A stretch of DNA of 64,000 bases, from IMG/VR virus record IMGVR_UViG_3300020392_000004; one strand, written 5' to 3'. The stretch's first letter is position 1; each line of letters opens with the position of its first letter. Origin of the DNA: a virus. A program made the position numbers and the translations under genes. The notes beneath the pieces are model-generated. The model was not told where the DNA came from. It ran no database searches and saw nothing but the letters and a program-made list of their open reading frames with translations. Of the stretch, positions 1-9,566 are shown piece after piece.

Positions 1-788
1 ATTGTGTAAACTTCTTGTTCACAATCTTTCATGACTTTATTCATTATCTTATCATTCTCATGTTTCTGATAACATTTCAATATGTGTTGTGAAGTTGCAA
101 GGTGTTGTGCTTCGTCTCTTGCAATGAAAGATATAATCTTTGCAGAACCTTCCATTAATTTAAGTTCACCAAATGCAAAACTACATGCAAATGAAACAAA
201 GAATCTTATACCCTCTAATATATTTACAGATACCAGTGCAAGATATAGAGCTTTATATAACTCATAGTCGTCAACCTTTAATCCAAGAAGTCTTCGTCTT
301 CCAAGTTCGATAAACTTATCATATTTCTCTGTGACCATTTCAGCTCTCTTGATAATTGCTTCTTCGTCCAGTATAGTGTCGAATACATCACTTGGGTCTG
401 CATAAACATTTTTGATTATGTGAGTATAACTTCTAGAATGGATTGTTTCCATGAAGTCCCATGTGATAATACAAGATTCTAGTTCAGGGAGAGTCACAAA
501 CGGTAAAAATGCTATGGATGGAGCTCTGCCCTGAACAGAATCGAGTAAAGTTTGATACCTCAAGTTTGAGGTAAATATATGTTTTTGTGCATCGTTGAGT
601 TGTGCATAGTCGTTTCTATCTTTTTGTAGGGAAACTTCTTCGGGTCTCCAAAAGAAACTCAACTGTCTCTGTGTGAGTTTGTCAAATATAGGATATTTGA
701 ATTCGTCAAATCGTTGTGTGTTCAATTCGTCACCAAAGAATAATTTACCTTTAGTGAAATCGACTTTGTTCTTATTAAATACTGTCAT
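1..788 (-). CDS. nrdB: ribonucleotide reductase class Ia beta subunit (runs off window)
   Basis: Manual translation from ATG 788: MTVFNKNKVDF...KYPIFDKLTQRQLSFFWRPEEVSLQKDR...YQTLLDSVQGR; ATGA overlap with upstream gene. Confidence 0.96.
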   Translation of the reverse strand, partial: MTVFNKNKVDFTKGKLFFGDELNTQRFDEFKYPIFDKLTQRQLSFFWRPEEVSLQKDRNDYAQLNDAQKHIFTSNLRYQTLLDSVQGRAPSIAFLPFVTLPELESCIITWDFMETIHSRSYTHIIKNVYADPSDVFDTILDEEAIIKRAEMVTEKYDKFIELGRRRLLGLKVDDYELYKALYLALVSVNILEGIRFFVSFACSFAFGELKLMEGSAKIISFIARDEAQHLATSQHILKCYQKHENDKIMNKVMKDCEQEVYT

Positions 789-1771
789 TTTTGTTTTCTC
801 TGTGCTTTCTTCTTTTCTCTATGTGCCTTTCTATCAAAGTATTCATAACTATCAAAATTGTTTATAAAATCAGACTTTCTAGTATTTGTTTCTCCATATA
901 TGTCGTGTTCCCAACACCTCTTTGAGTATTCTTCAAAGAGTTCTCTTTCTAATATGGGTTCTATACCATGATATCTAGATTTTCTTCCGTCATATCTACA
1001 CGGGTGTCTTGTAAATCCTTCATGCTTGGGATAAAGTTCTCTGTATAATTCGTTATAGCCTGGAGTATCAATTACCCGTCCTTTCTTATTGTAAAAATGT
1101 AAGAATATGTGATAGGAATATTTACCTAAAAAATACTCTCTCCAGTGTGCAACATTTGGGCCCTGATACATTAACAAGTCGCCAGGTTCTAATAATACAG
1201 ATATGGATTCTTTCCTTCTCTTCTTAATCGGAACTGCTTGTGTGTTGTCATATATCTCGCCTGGTTTGTTTACCCAATCAGTTGAGTTGTCGACCCATAT
1301 TGGCCAAGGTCTTTCGTCATCTGACTGATAGTCCAAACATAGTGTTGCACTTATTTCACAACTTGGTCTATCTGCATGTGCTTTTAGATATGCACCTCTT
1401 TCATACTTTCTAGAATATGAATAGGTTTCACCTAAATCCATATCGATTACACCTTTGAGTTTATCCCAACAATATCTGTGTAATGCAACACCCCATGGTG
1501 CATTATAACAACCCATAGATTTTTGTAGTGAATCTTCGGGTGAGTTGTGTATAATATCGTCTTCTCGATATACTATATGACTGAACTGTTCTGTATGTTC
1601 TACAGTTTTCCATGTATCCAAAGTCATTTGTATAATATCCTTTGGTATGAAATCTTTTAGAACGACATAACCTTTCTTCCACAACTTCCAAGTTTCGGGA
1701 TTAGTTTTACCCCTCATTCCTGATTCTTTTACTTCGTATTCTATAGTTCTATCTTCAAATTGCACACGCAT
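785..1771 (-). CDS. 2OG-Fe(II) oxygenase (PKHD/prolyl hydroxylase-like)
   Basis: YSRKYERGAYLKAHADRPSCEISATL (HxD), LEPGDLLMYQG, HWRE; lies between nrdA and nrdB. Confidence 0.85.
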   Translation of the reverse strand: MRVQFEDRTIEYEVKESGMRGKTNPETWKLWKKGYVVLKDFIPKDIIQMTLDTWKTVEHTEQFSHIVYREDDIIHNSPEDSLQKSMGCYNAPWGVALHRYCWDKLKGVIDMDLGETYSYSRKYERGAYLKAHADRPSCEISATLCLDYQSDDERPWPIWVDNSTDWVNKPGEIYDNTQAVPIKKRRKESISVLLEPGDLLMYQGPNVAHWREYFLGKYSYHIFLHFYNKKGRVIDTPGYNELYRELYPKHEGFTRHPCRYDGRKSRYHGIEPILERELFEEYSKRCWEHDIYGETNTRKSDFINNFDSYEYFDRKAHREKKKAQRKQK

Positions 1772-4067
1772 CACAATCTTCCTCACTGTTTGGTGAATCT
1801 ATCAAGGGTGGTATATAATCATTCGACGCTGAATTAGGGTCTGTAATTACATCTTCAACCTTTCCGTCCATAGTATTCTGATAATAAGAAGTCTTCCAAC
1901 CATATTTGTATGTGTTGAGTAAGTCTCTTGCCATTACAGATACAGGGACTTCACCATTTTCATAGTTCTCGGGATTATAAGACCAGTTTCCACTGATTGC
2001 TTGGTCAAAAAACTTCTGCATAACTGCAACTACATTGATATAACCTGTGTTATCAGGCATATCCCATAATATAGTATATGCATTTTTGAGTAAAGAATAC
2101 TGTGGAACAACCTGTTTAAGTGTTCCTTTCTTACTCTTCTTAACCGATAGATGGTCTCTAGGTGGTTCTATACCATTCGTTGCATTAGAGACGACGCTAG
2201 AACTCTCTGACGGCATTTGTGCAGTGAGTGTAGAGTGTCGTAGACCAAACTCTGCAATGTCTTTCCTCAAGTCTTCCCAAGGCATAGTATATATGGGTTC
2301 AACAAGCTCGTCAACATCTTTTTTATATGTATCAATAGGTAATATACCTTTTGAATATTTTGTTCTGTCAAAGTATGCACATTGACCCTTTTCTTTTGCA
2401 ATTGTATTACTAGATTTTAGAAGGTAATATTGGAATCTCTCCGTCAAATCGTGAACCAGTTTCCATGCATTTGGGTCATCATACTTGACCTTGTTCTTTG
2501 CAAGGTAGTGTGCCAGTCCTATGTATCCGATACCAAGACTTCTTCTTGACTCTGTAGATACCTTCGCTGCATTCACTGGATACTCTTGAAAATCTATCAG
2601 TTCTTCAAGTCCTCTCACTGATAAATCACAAAGAGATTCCAACTCTTCATCTTTTACAATACCAACATTGATTGCAGATAATATACATAATGCAATCTCA
2701 CCCTGTCCTTCTATGTGTTGGATAGGGTCTGTTGGTAGTGTAATCTCTTGACATAAATTACTCATGTTTACTTTATCCAAGAACGAACTATGAGTATTAC
2801 TATGGTCTATATTCATGATATAGATTCTGCCAGTCTCTGCTCTTTCTTTCAATAAATCTGTAATTAGTTCTCTTGCATTTACTTTTTTCTTTGGTATGGA
2901 AGTTGCCCTTTCATACTTTTCATATAACTCATTGAACTCCTCTGTTCCAAATGCTTCATATAAGCCTGGAGCTTCATGTGGAGAGAAAAGAGTTATATCC
3001 TCATTTGCAAGAAATCTTTTGTAGAATAATTCACTAAACTGTATAGAGTAATCTAGTTTTCTTACACGGTTGTCCTCTGTTCCTTTGTTGTTCTTTAAGA
3101 CAATAATGTCTTCGATTTCTTGGTGCCATATTGGAAAGTGAACTGTTGCTGAACCCCCTCTGACTCCGTTTTGGGTGCAACACCTAACAGTTGATTCAAA
3201 TTTTTTAAGGAATGGGACGACTCCCGTATGCTGGACTTCGCCTCCTCTAATCCTAGAACCAAGTCCCCTAATTCTTCCTGCGTTAATACCGATTCCAGCT
3301 CGTTGTGCAACATATTTTCCAATGGCCATATCACTTGAGAATATACTGTCGAGAGTGTCGTCTGTGTCAACGAGCACACACGATGCAAATTGTCGTAAAG
3401 GAGTTCGAACTCCCGCCATGATAGGTGTTGGTATATTGATTTTGAATCCACTGATTGCGTCGTAGTATCTTTTGACATAGTCTAACCTTATTTCATTATC
3501 GTAGTTTTTGAAAAGTGTCATGGATATTAACATATACATGAACTGTGGTGTTTCATACACCGTTCCTGTTGACCTATCTTGAACCAAATACTTATCTACA
3601 ATCTGTTGTAGTCCAGCATAGGTAAAGTTTAGGTCTCTTGAGTGTTTGATAAATGTATCACACTTATCAATCTCCTCGTCTGTATACCATGATAGTATAT
3701 CTTTATCGTATACACCATAGTCTATATTTCTTTTTGTTATGTCTTTGAGTGGTGGATATATTTCTGCGTCTTTCCACTTTGTATTGAATACTTGTTTCTG
3801 AATTCCAAAGAGTAATAATCTTGCAGCCACAAACTGATAATTAGGATTCTCTAATGATATCAAATCACTTGCACTTTTGACAAGTATCTTTTGTATTTCT
3901 TTTGTAGTGATACCGTCAAAAAACTGTATACCACTGTTCATTTCTACTAATGATTCTGATACACCTGTAATTCTCTTACAAGCTTTATGAACCATTTTGT
4001 GTATTTTGTCTAGATTGATTTCAACTTTTGACCCGTCTGACTTGACGACTTTGATTTCCCCATTCAT
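1755..4067 (-). CDS. nrdA: ribonucleotide reductase class Ia alpha subunit
   Basis: N-terminal ATP cone (VVKSDG), PTPIMAG, SNLCQEI, C-terminal CDAC. Confidence 0.98.
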   Translation of the reverse strand: MNGEIKVVKSDGSKVEINLDKIHKMVHKACKRITGVSESLVEMNSGIQFFDGITTKEIQKILVKSASDLISLENPNYQFVAARLLLFGIQKQVFNTKWKDAEIYPPLKDITKRNIDYGVYDKDILSWYTDEEIDKCDTFIKHSRDLNFTYAGLQQIVDKYLVQDRSTGTVYETPQFMYMLISMTLFKNYDNEIRLDYVKRYYDAISGFKINIPTPIMAGVRTPLRQFASCVLVDTDDTLDSIFSSDMAIGKYVAQRAGIGINAGRIRGLGSRIRGGEVQHTGVVPFLKKFESTVRCCTQNGVRGGSATVHFPIWHQEIEDIIVLKNNKGTEDNRVRKLDYSIQFSELFYKRFLANEDITLFSPHEAPGLYEAFGTEEFNELYEKYERATSIPKKKVNARELITDLLKERAETGRIYIMNIDHSNTHSSFLDKVNMSNLCQEITLPTDPIQHIEGQGEIALCILSAINVGIVKDEELESLCDLSVRGLEELIDFQEYPVNAAKVSTESRRSLGIGYIGLAHYLAKNKVKYDDPNAWKLVHDLTERFQYYLLKSSNTIAKEKGQCAYFDRTKYSKGILPIDTYKKDVDELVEPIYTMPWEDLRKDIAEFGLRHSTLTAQMPSESSSVVSNATNGIEPPRDHLSVKKSKKGTLKQVVPQYSLLKNAYTILWDMPDNTGYINVVAVMQKFFDQAISGNWSYNPENYENGEVPVSVMARDLLNTYKYGWKTSYYQNTMDGKVEDVITDPNSASNDYIPPLIDSPNSEEDCDACAI

Positions 4068-5092
4068 GCTTTTGCATACTCCTTTAACTTAACTTTTGCA
4101 GAAAGGCCACTGTAAGTATTAGAAGTAATTATATCTACTATTTCATCTTGACTCAAACCATTCAGAACCATGTCATTGATATCTTTTATATCAGATACCC
4201 TTCTATCGTCCCAAATACATACAGACCACCCGAGGTCTATAACCTCATCAATCTTTTTTATTATCTCTGTATTTCTTGGTTCGTTGTCATAAATGAGTAT
4301 TGCATTCTCTTTTATACTATCATCTATCTTTTTGAAATCACTTCCACCAACACTAATTGCATTGGGAAGGAATAAACTATCTATCGGCCCTTCTGTGACA
4401 TAGATAGTTTTTGATTTGTCCACTTTATCAATGTTATAGATGAGTGGAACATCATCTAGGAACCTCATGGTCAAATATCGTAATGGTGAATCATTGATTG
4501 CACGACCACTGATACCGACTAGTTCCCCACTCTCACTAAAGAATGGTATAACAATTCGTGGGTCGTCTCCTAAAACTCTGTCCTTATACTTTTCTGATAA
4601 GATACCTAGAGTCTGTGCATGTGGGACAAACCACAAATCTTTAATCTTTGATTCGGGTATCTTTCTAGATTCTAGAAAGTCCCTTGCAACTATTTTCTCG
4701 TTTGCACGGAAACAGACTGCTGTCAAATCAATTCTCTTCATATTTAGAACTTCTTCACGCGGAGTAAACTTAAAATCGTTTGCACTCGGCATTTTTTTCT
4801 TTCTTCTTGGTGCCTTACCATTTTCTTTTAGCCATTCTTTTATGTATTCCTTATGTATCATAGGGAAATGGTCTTTGAGAAAGTTTACACTTGAAGTTGA
4901 CTTACCACAATTGTGACATTTATATACAAAATTCTGTTGCACTTGGAAATGATATCCTCGTGCTTTGTATGTGTTTTTTGCAGAATCCCCACAATAGGGA
5001 CACCTGTGATTTAGTGTGTTATCATTCTTCCATTTTGCCATATCCAAGAGAGATACGACTTGCGAAAGGTATTTTCTTTCCAACCATAGCAT
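4064..5092 (-). CDS. gp61: DNA primase (T4 gp61-like)
   Basis: Zn ribbon CPYCGDS...CHNC; TOPRIM motifs VTEGPIDSLF, YDNEPRN. Confidence 0.95.
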   Translation of the reverse strand: MLWLERKYLSQVVSLLDMAKWKNDNTLNHRCPYCGDSAKNTYKARGYHFQVQQNFVYKCHNCGKSTSSVNFLKDHFPMIHKEYIKEWLKENGKAPRRKKKMPSANDFKFTPREEVLNMKRIDLTAVCFRANEKIVARDFLESRKIPESKIKDLWFVPHAQTLGILSEKYKDRVLGDDPRIVIPFFSESGELVGISGRAINDSPLRYLTMRFLDDVPLIYNIDKVDKSKTIYVTEGPIDSLFLPNAISVGGSDFKKIDDSIKENAILIYDNEPRNTEIIKKIDEVIDLGWSVCIWDDRRVSDIKDINDMVLNGLSQDEIVDIITSNTYSGLSAKVKLKEYAKA

Positions 5093-5098
5093 ACATCT

Positions 5099-5127
5099 AT
5101 AATACTATAAATGTGGTATTTTTTCAA
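5099..5127 (-). promoter_or_regulatory. sigma70-type promoter of primase
   Basis: TTGAAA-N17-TATTAT, 6 nt before ATG. Confidence 0.65.
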
Positions 5128-5942
5128 GAGGGTTTTCTTACTTCTTCTAACTTCTTTTTGGGAACTTGTAAGACATATCTGTTCTCTACAACTGGTGGTG
5201 TGAGTTTACCTTTTGGTCTTGCAATTAATCCAGCTGAAGTTATCAATAATAGGATTGCCAGCGGGTCAAATACAAAAATCAAGGCAAAAATGACCCACCT
5301 TACAGCGTTGTCAAGATACTTGACAGATTCTTCTTGTCCGTATATAACCTCTGCAACATACTTAATTGGCCCTATTTCTCCCTCTTGTTCTAATTGTAAT
5401 CTCTGTAAAGGTAATTTATCCTCATTTAATTTTACTATATCATCTACTATTATGTCAATATCATTTGCAATTTCTATTCTCTCGTCCCTCTGTCTTCTAT
5501 CGATATAGTTTCTATCTTGTGGTCTTGCAGTGACAATAATATTATCAAGGTTTGCAACTCTATCCTCTAGTCTGTTTAGTTGAGCTTCTTTTGCACCTAT
5601 TCTCTTATCAATGATAGACATTTCTAGGGTGTAAGAGTCACCTACAAGTGTAGTTTCTATGTTTGCTTTGGATAGATAACCAAATATACCTAATGAAGTA
5701 ATTAACATGAGTATGAACACCGATAGGGTGAGATAGTATTTCATGTAGTTAAGTCTATCCCAAAATAGGTGTAGGTATGTTGCAGTGACTATCTTACCAA
5801 ACTCTAATGCAGTCATCATAACTACGGTTCCCATAAATGCTCCAGCAAATATGGTTGCCATACCTATGACTGAAAAGTATGCAGCGATACCAGCGATACC
5901 CAAAGATGTCGCAAGTGCAAGATAGTTTAAGAATCTTTCCAT
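5124..5942 (-). CDS. membrane protein with central coiled coil (conserved in marine T4-like phages)
   Basis: Three N-terminal hydrophobic helices, coiled coil, C-terminal TM (IFVFDPLAILLL). Confidence 0.8.
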   Translation of the reverse strand: MERFLNYLALATSLGIAGIAAYFSVIGMATIFAGAFMGTVVMMTALEFGKIVTATYLHLFWDRLNYMKYYLTLSVFILMLITSLGIFGYLSKANIETTLVGDSYTLEMSIIDKRIGAKEAQLNRLEDRVANLDNIIVTARPQDRNYIDRRQRDERIEIANDIDIIVDDIVKLNEDKLPLQRLQLEQEGEIGPIKYVAEVIYGQEESVKYLDNAVRWVIFALIFVFDPLAILLLITSAGLIARPKGKLTPPVVENRYVLQVPKKKLEEVRKPS

Positions 5943-5945
5943 AAT

Positions 5946-6683
5946 TTAACGGGTGTAGATATCAAATTTTTTCTTTTTCTTTTTTCTTCCTAGTGCTGTA
6001 GGAGCCATTGATATACCAGCTCCTGTTGAATTCACGGGTGCATCTTCTTTCATATCATAATCTATATACTCTCCTAATTCTTCTGCAAGTTTGACACCAG
6101 CGTCATAATCAGAAGGATAATGTAATCCTGCTAGAACTCTACCGAATCCACAAATTTTTGCACCTTTGAAGAGTCCTGCTCTGTGTTGTGGATATAGTCT
6201 ACTATAAATCTCTGCAACCACAAAAGGTTGAACTGTATGTCCACTAGGATATGAAGGTGATTTACTTGTTTCTGTTGAGAATTTATCTAAATCCATTTTC
6301 AATTTCTCTGCAACTTGATATGGTCTTGCACGATTGAAATGATTTTTATAGTGTCTTATGATAGGTGAACATTGTTCTTCGATATACTCTATGTTATCTT
6401 CATCGTAATCTAAATCATGTTCGTCCAAATATTCTTTTATGTAATATGAAGCGTCTTCGTCACAATTGATATATTGTTTTTTCTGTTCGTCTGTTGTGGT
6501 CTCTATGTATTCTACGACTTGTCTTATTTCTTTAACCACCGCTTGTCCTTTGGGTGGAGCTCCCAACATAATCTTTTGCCAACCGTCTTTGAATATTTCT
6601 ATCTTATTATACTTTACTTTTTTCAAATCCTCGATAGGTTTGAAAATCATGTTGTCTATATCTAATACTTCTTTAATATACAT
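5946..6683 (-). CDS. PAP2/haloperoxidase-superfamily phosphatase
   Basis: K-x6-RP (KNHFNRARP), PSYPSGH, R-x5-HYPSD motifs; start placed at MYIKE. Confidence 0.85.
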   Translation of the reverse strand: MYIKEVLDIDNMIFKPIEDLKKVKYNKIEIFKDGWQKIMLGAPPKGQAVVKEIRQVVEYIETTTDEQKKQYINCDEDASYYIKEYLDEHDLDYDEDNIEYIEEQCSPIIRHYKNHFNRARPYQVAEKLKMDLDKFSTETSKSPSYPSGHTVQPFVVAEIYSRLYPQHRAGLFKGAKICGFGRVLAGLHYPSDYDAGVKLAEELGEYIDYDMKEDAPVNSTGAGISMAPTALGRKKKKKKFDIYTR

Positions 6684-7260
6684 CGTCTGCACACACATAC
6701 ACTTTATCTGCATTAACATATCCTTCGTATATGTCAACACCATAGATTTTTGTTTTAAAACTCTTCACTAGACACTCTGTTTTTTCATTATATATTTCGT
6801 CATTTTGGTGGAGTTTTCTTCTTAATCTATATGTTGTGTTCTCCTGTAAGTCCATAAAATCGAGTGCCTCTGTTATATGGTCGGGGTTTAGTTTGTTATT
6901 ATCTTTTAGATATCGATAGAACTTCTCGTATAGTTCTTCTGCTTGTTCGTCACTTAAGTTTGTATGTTCTTTTAGTAATAGTAATGCAACTGCATATGAG
7001 GCAAATTGTGTTTTACCAAAAGGGACTTTCTCTATGATTCTCTTGAGATTAAATACCAGTCTATGTAGTAGAGTTATGGAAGACTTCTCCATTTTAGTTT
7101 TAGGATTGTTCTTGACCATTTTCCCATTCTCGTCCTCTATCTTTTTGATTCTTTTTCCGTCCTTGTCTATAAAACCAAACTTAAAGGCTTTATGTTTCTT
7201 AAACGGTGTGACCAACATTTTAAGTATGCGAAAAACTATAAGTGTATCTACGATTCTCAT
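6673..7260 (-). CDS. conserved hypothetical late protein
   Basis: Long ORF; FRILKMLVTPF...GFIDKDGK motif typical of marine T4-like phages; late promoter upstream. Confidence 0.8.
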   Translation of the reverse strand: MRIVDTLIVFRILKMLVTPFKKHKAFKFGFIDKDGKRIKKIEDENGKMVKNNPKTKMEKSSITLLHRLVFNLKRIIEKVPFGKTQFASYAVALLLLKEHTNLSDEQAEELYEKFYRYLKDNNKLNPDHITEALDFMDLQENTTYRLRRKLHQNDEIYNEKTECLVKSFKTKIYGVDIYEGYVNADKVYVCADDVY

Positions 7261-7265
7261 ACAAC

Positions 7266-7273
7266 TATTTAGG
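7266..7273 (-). promoter_or_regulatory. T4-type late promoter (CCTAAATA)
   Basis: TATAAATA variant 5 nt before ATG 7260. Confidence 0.7.
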
Positions 7274-7278
7274 TATTT

Positions 7279-7650
7279 TTAAAGTTCTCTTAAACGCTGT
7301 GCAAGGTTTAAGTCTATGTCTATATCTGTCTTCCATGTGTTCTCGACATAACCGAGGTATAATAACATGGTTTTTATTGAAGTCCAGTAATTATCGTCTT
7401 TGATTTTGAATTCTAACATTCTCATACATGCATGATAACCAAACACATTGAATAGACATATGATATGATTTAACATGAGTCTTTCTCTCAACTCACCATT
7501 CGTGTGGTATCTGTGTAGTAATCTTTTGAGGTATCTAAATCTTCGTAGGTCTTCTTGGAAGTCTTCCAAGTCCTGACACTGGGGGTCATCATAATGCTTT
7601 AATGCATATGCTTGAAAGTTTTTTGCTGTTATTTTATCAAATAGACTCAT
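7279..7650 (-). CDS. conserved hypothetical protein of T4-like phages
   Basis: YDDPQC...FQEDLRRFRYLKRLL...RLMLNHII motif. Confidence 0.85.
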   Translation of the reverse strand: MSLFDKITAKNFQAYALKHYDDPQCQDLEDFQEDLRRFRYLKRLLHRYHTNGELRERLMLNHIICLFNVFGYHACMRMLEFKIKDDNYWTSIKTMLLYLGYVENTWKTDIDIDLNLAQRLREL

Positions 7651-7735
7651 AATGTAATAGTATGTAGGTGACCCCGAAGGGTAAAGTTCACAGTTCTTCC
7701 AGTGAGATTAGTCACTGTAGATTGGACACGACTCC

Positions 7736-8149
7736 TTAATCTAATGAACCGTAAACTTTATAACAACCATTATCTAGTTGTTCATACTTCACATTAAGGT
7801 TAATAATCTTCTCTTCTTTTTCGAATTCGTCAATAGGTGTGTCAACAGACTTCCCTGTGATTTCTCCGAATTTAGAAAATGCAAGACTAAATTCACCTTC
7901 TTCTAATGTAAAGTCTAAATCCTCATCTGCAGCCTGGGGATTTAGTCCAATTTGTGAGAGTTTGGCTTTCATTTGTTCTACTGCAGCTTTTGGGTTTAAG
8001 TATTCTGATACTGCAACATGACCTAATAGTGCATTGACTCTATCTTTTACTTCAGCATCGTCAATTTCGTATGGAACAAAACCTGCTGTTCTTAAATCAA
8101 ATCCTTCTCGACCATGATTTTCTGTGATAAAATTTTTAAATGTTTTCAT
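7736..8149 (-). CDS. hypothetical protein with capsid-targeting-like N-terminus
   Basis: MKTFKNFITE resembles the T4 internal-protein capsid targeting sequence. Confidence 0.75.
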   Translation of the reverse strand: MKTFKNFITENHGREGFDLRTAGFVPYEIDDAEVKDRVNALLGHVAVSEYLNPKAAVEQMKAKLSQIGLNPQAADEDLDFTLEEGEFSLAFSKFGEITGKSVDTPIDEFEKEEKIINLNVKYEQLDNGCYKVYGSLD

Positions 8150-8412
8150 TATTGCTCCACTGCTATACCAACACCGAGGACTTCTGCATTTGCAGCGAAT
8201 ACCTCGTCACTTGGGTCTTTCACTATTATTTCACTTGCACCTCCACCTAGGGTAAATGTCCCTATAAGTGAATTTGCACTGGTTTCTACAGAAACTAATC
8301 TATTTGTAGTTCCTGAATTTACGACTCTAACATGTGTTGCACTTCCAAAGTTTGAACCATTTGTTGTGCTAGTTCCACATGCAGCTTCTGAACCTAATAC
8401 TTTAATTTTCAT
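8149..8412 (-). CDS. small putative virion structural protein
   Basis: Beta-rich 87 aa; AGAGGA SD; within late cluster. Confidence 0.7.
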   Translation of the reverse strand: MKIKVLGSEAACGTSTTNGSNFGSATHVRVVNSGTTNRLVSVETSANSLIGTFTLGGGASEIIVKDPSDEVFAANAEVLGVGIAVEQ

Positions 8413-8426
8413 AACTATCCTCTAAA

Positions 8427-8978
8427 TTATGCAGAAACAGTAATTGTTCCAGCAGCTGTTCCTATTGCACCACTGTTTGTGATAGTTGCGTTTCCACCAC
8501 CTACAGAGTCAACAATTGTTCCACCGTTTAATGAAACTGCATTTGCACCAATACTTAATACATCACCTGCGTCTGTAGCTGCATTGTTAGCACCTATTGC
8601 AAGTGAGAATACTAATTCGTTAGTTGTTGAACCACTAGCATATGATAATGTGTGGTTTGCATTGTTGTCATTAACGACAGTCAATTGAGGTGTTCCTGCT
8701 ACAGTGACATCTTCGTTGAATATAACTTTAACAGATAATGTTCCACCATCTGATTTATCAAATGCTGTTGAAACGAAATCAATGTTTGTTATATCAGCCT
8801 GTCCGATACCTGTAGATAGGTCAGCTCCAGTTGCAACTAAAATCTCTGTAAGGTTTCTTGAACCTACAGCCTTTTTTAGAACCCAACCTTCTGATTTAGC
8901 GACACAGTTTTTCTTATCTGCATCCGAAAGCCATTTTGGTTTACTTTCGTCTGCGTCTGATACTCCCCATAATGCCAT
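8427..8978 (-). CDS. putative head decoration / virion protein with Ig-like domain
   Basis: MALWG N-terminus; VIFNEDVTVAGTPQL...YASGSTTNELVF Ig-like segment; Ala/Gly/Thr rich. Confidence 0.65.
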   Translation of the reverse strand: MALWGVSDADESKPKWLSDADKKNCVAKSEGWVLKKAVGSRNLTEILVATGADLSTGIGQADITNIDFVSTAFDKSDGGTLSVKVIFNEDVTVAGTPQLTVVNDNNANHTLSYASGSTTNELVFSLAIGANNAATDAGDVLSIGANAVSLNGGTIVDSVGGGNATITNSGAIGTAAGTITVSA

Positions 8979-8993
8979 ATTTCTATCCTCTCT

Positions 8994-9566
8994 TTATTTT
9001 GCAACCTTTAAAATAGCCTTAAAGGTCTTTTTAAATGTTTTTACATCTTTTTGTAAAAGTCTCAAGTATTTATCTCTTACGGGGGCTCGAACCTTCATTA
9101 AAGTGTCATGAACTTTGATTGCATCGTCTGCTTTCACCTTCATGTCTTTCATGTCGTCTGTTCTGACCTTACCGTTTTTATTGGTGTCCTTGAACTTCCT
9201 TAATTGCACTAACATATTTGCATCAGGTCTCAATTGAGTCCCTCTTGCCTGTGAATTTAGTGCGTCTATTGCTCTATCTATGACTTCATCTTCTTGAGCT
9301 TCAGAGTATTTACCTCCACTCATTGTAGATATTTTCTCCAGTTTTTGTCGAAGTTCTTTTTCGTTCTTCGATTTTGCAACTGCACGAGCAACTTTTTTAT
9401 TACCACCGTCTGACATCATTCCAAAGTCTCCGACTTTTTCGAGGACTTTCCTTGTCTCAACGGTATCTTGTTTTACATATCCTAACTTTCTTAATTTCTC
9501 TTTGAAGAGTTTAGTTCTTCCGTCTGTTGTTAGAATCTTTTCTATTGCCTTCTCGACCTTGTTCAT
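8994..9566 (-). CDS. Lys-rich hypothetical, putative internal head protein
   Basis: Highly charged ORF, translationally coupled in late cluster. Confidence 0.7.
   Translation of the reverse strand: MNKVEKAIEKILTTDGRTKLFKEKLRKLGYVKQDTVETRKVLEKVGDFGMMSDGGNKKVARAVAKSKNEKELRQKLEKISTMSGGKYSEAQEDEVIDRAIDALNSQARGTQLRPDANMLVQLRKFKDTNKNGKVRTDDMKDMKVKADDAIKVHDTLMKVRAPVRDKYLRLLQKDVKTFKKTFKAILKVAK

Noticed and set aside
7651-7735. Hammerhead ribozyme interpretation
   Set aside because: No CUGANGA/GAAA core on either strand
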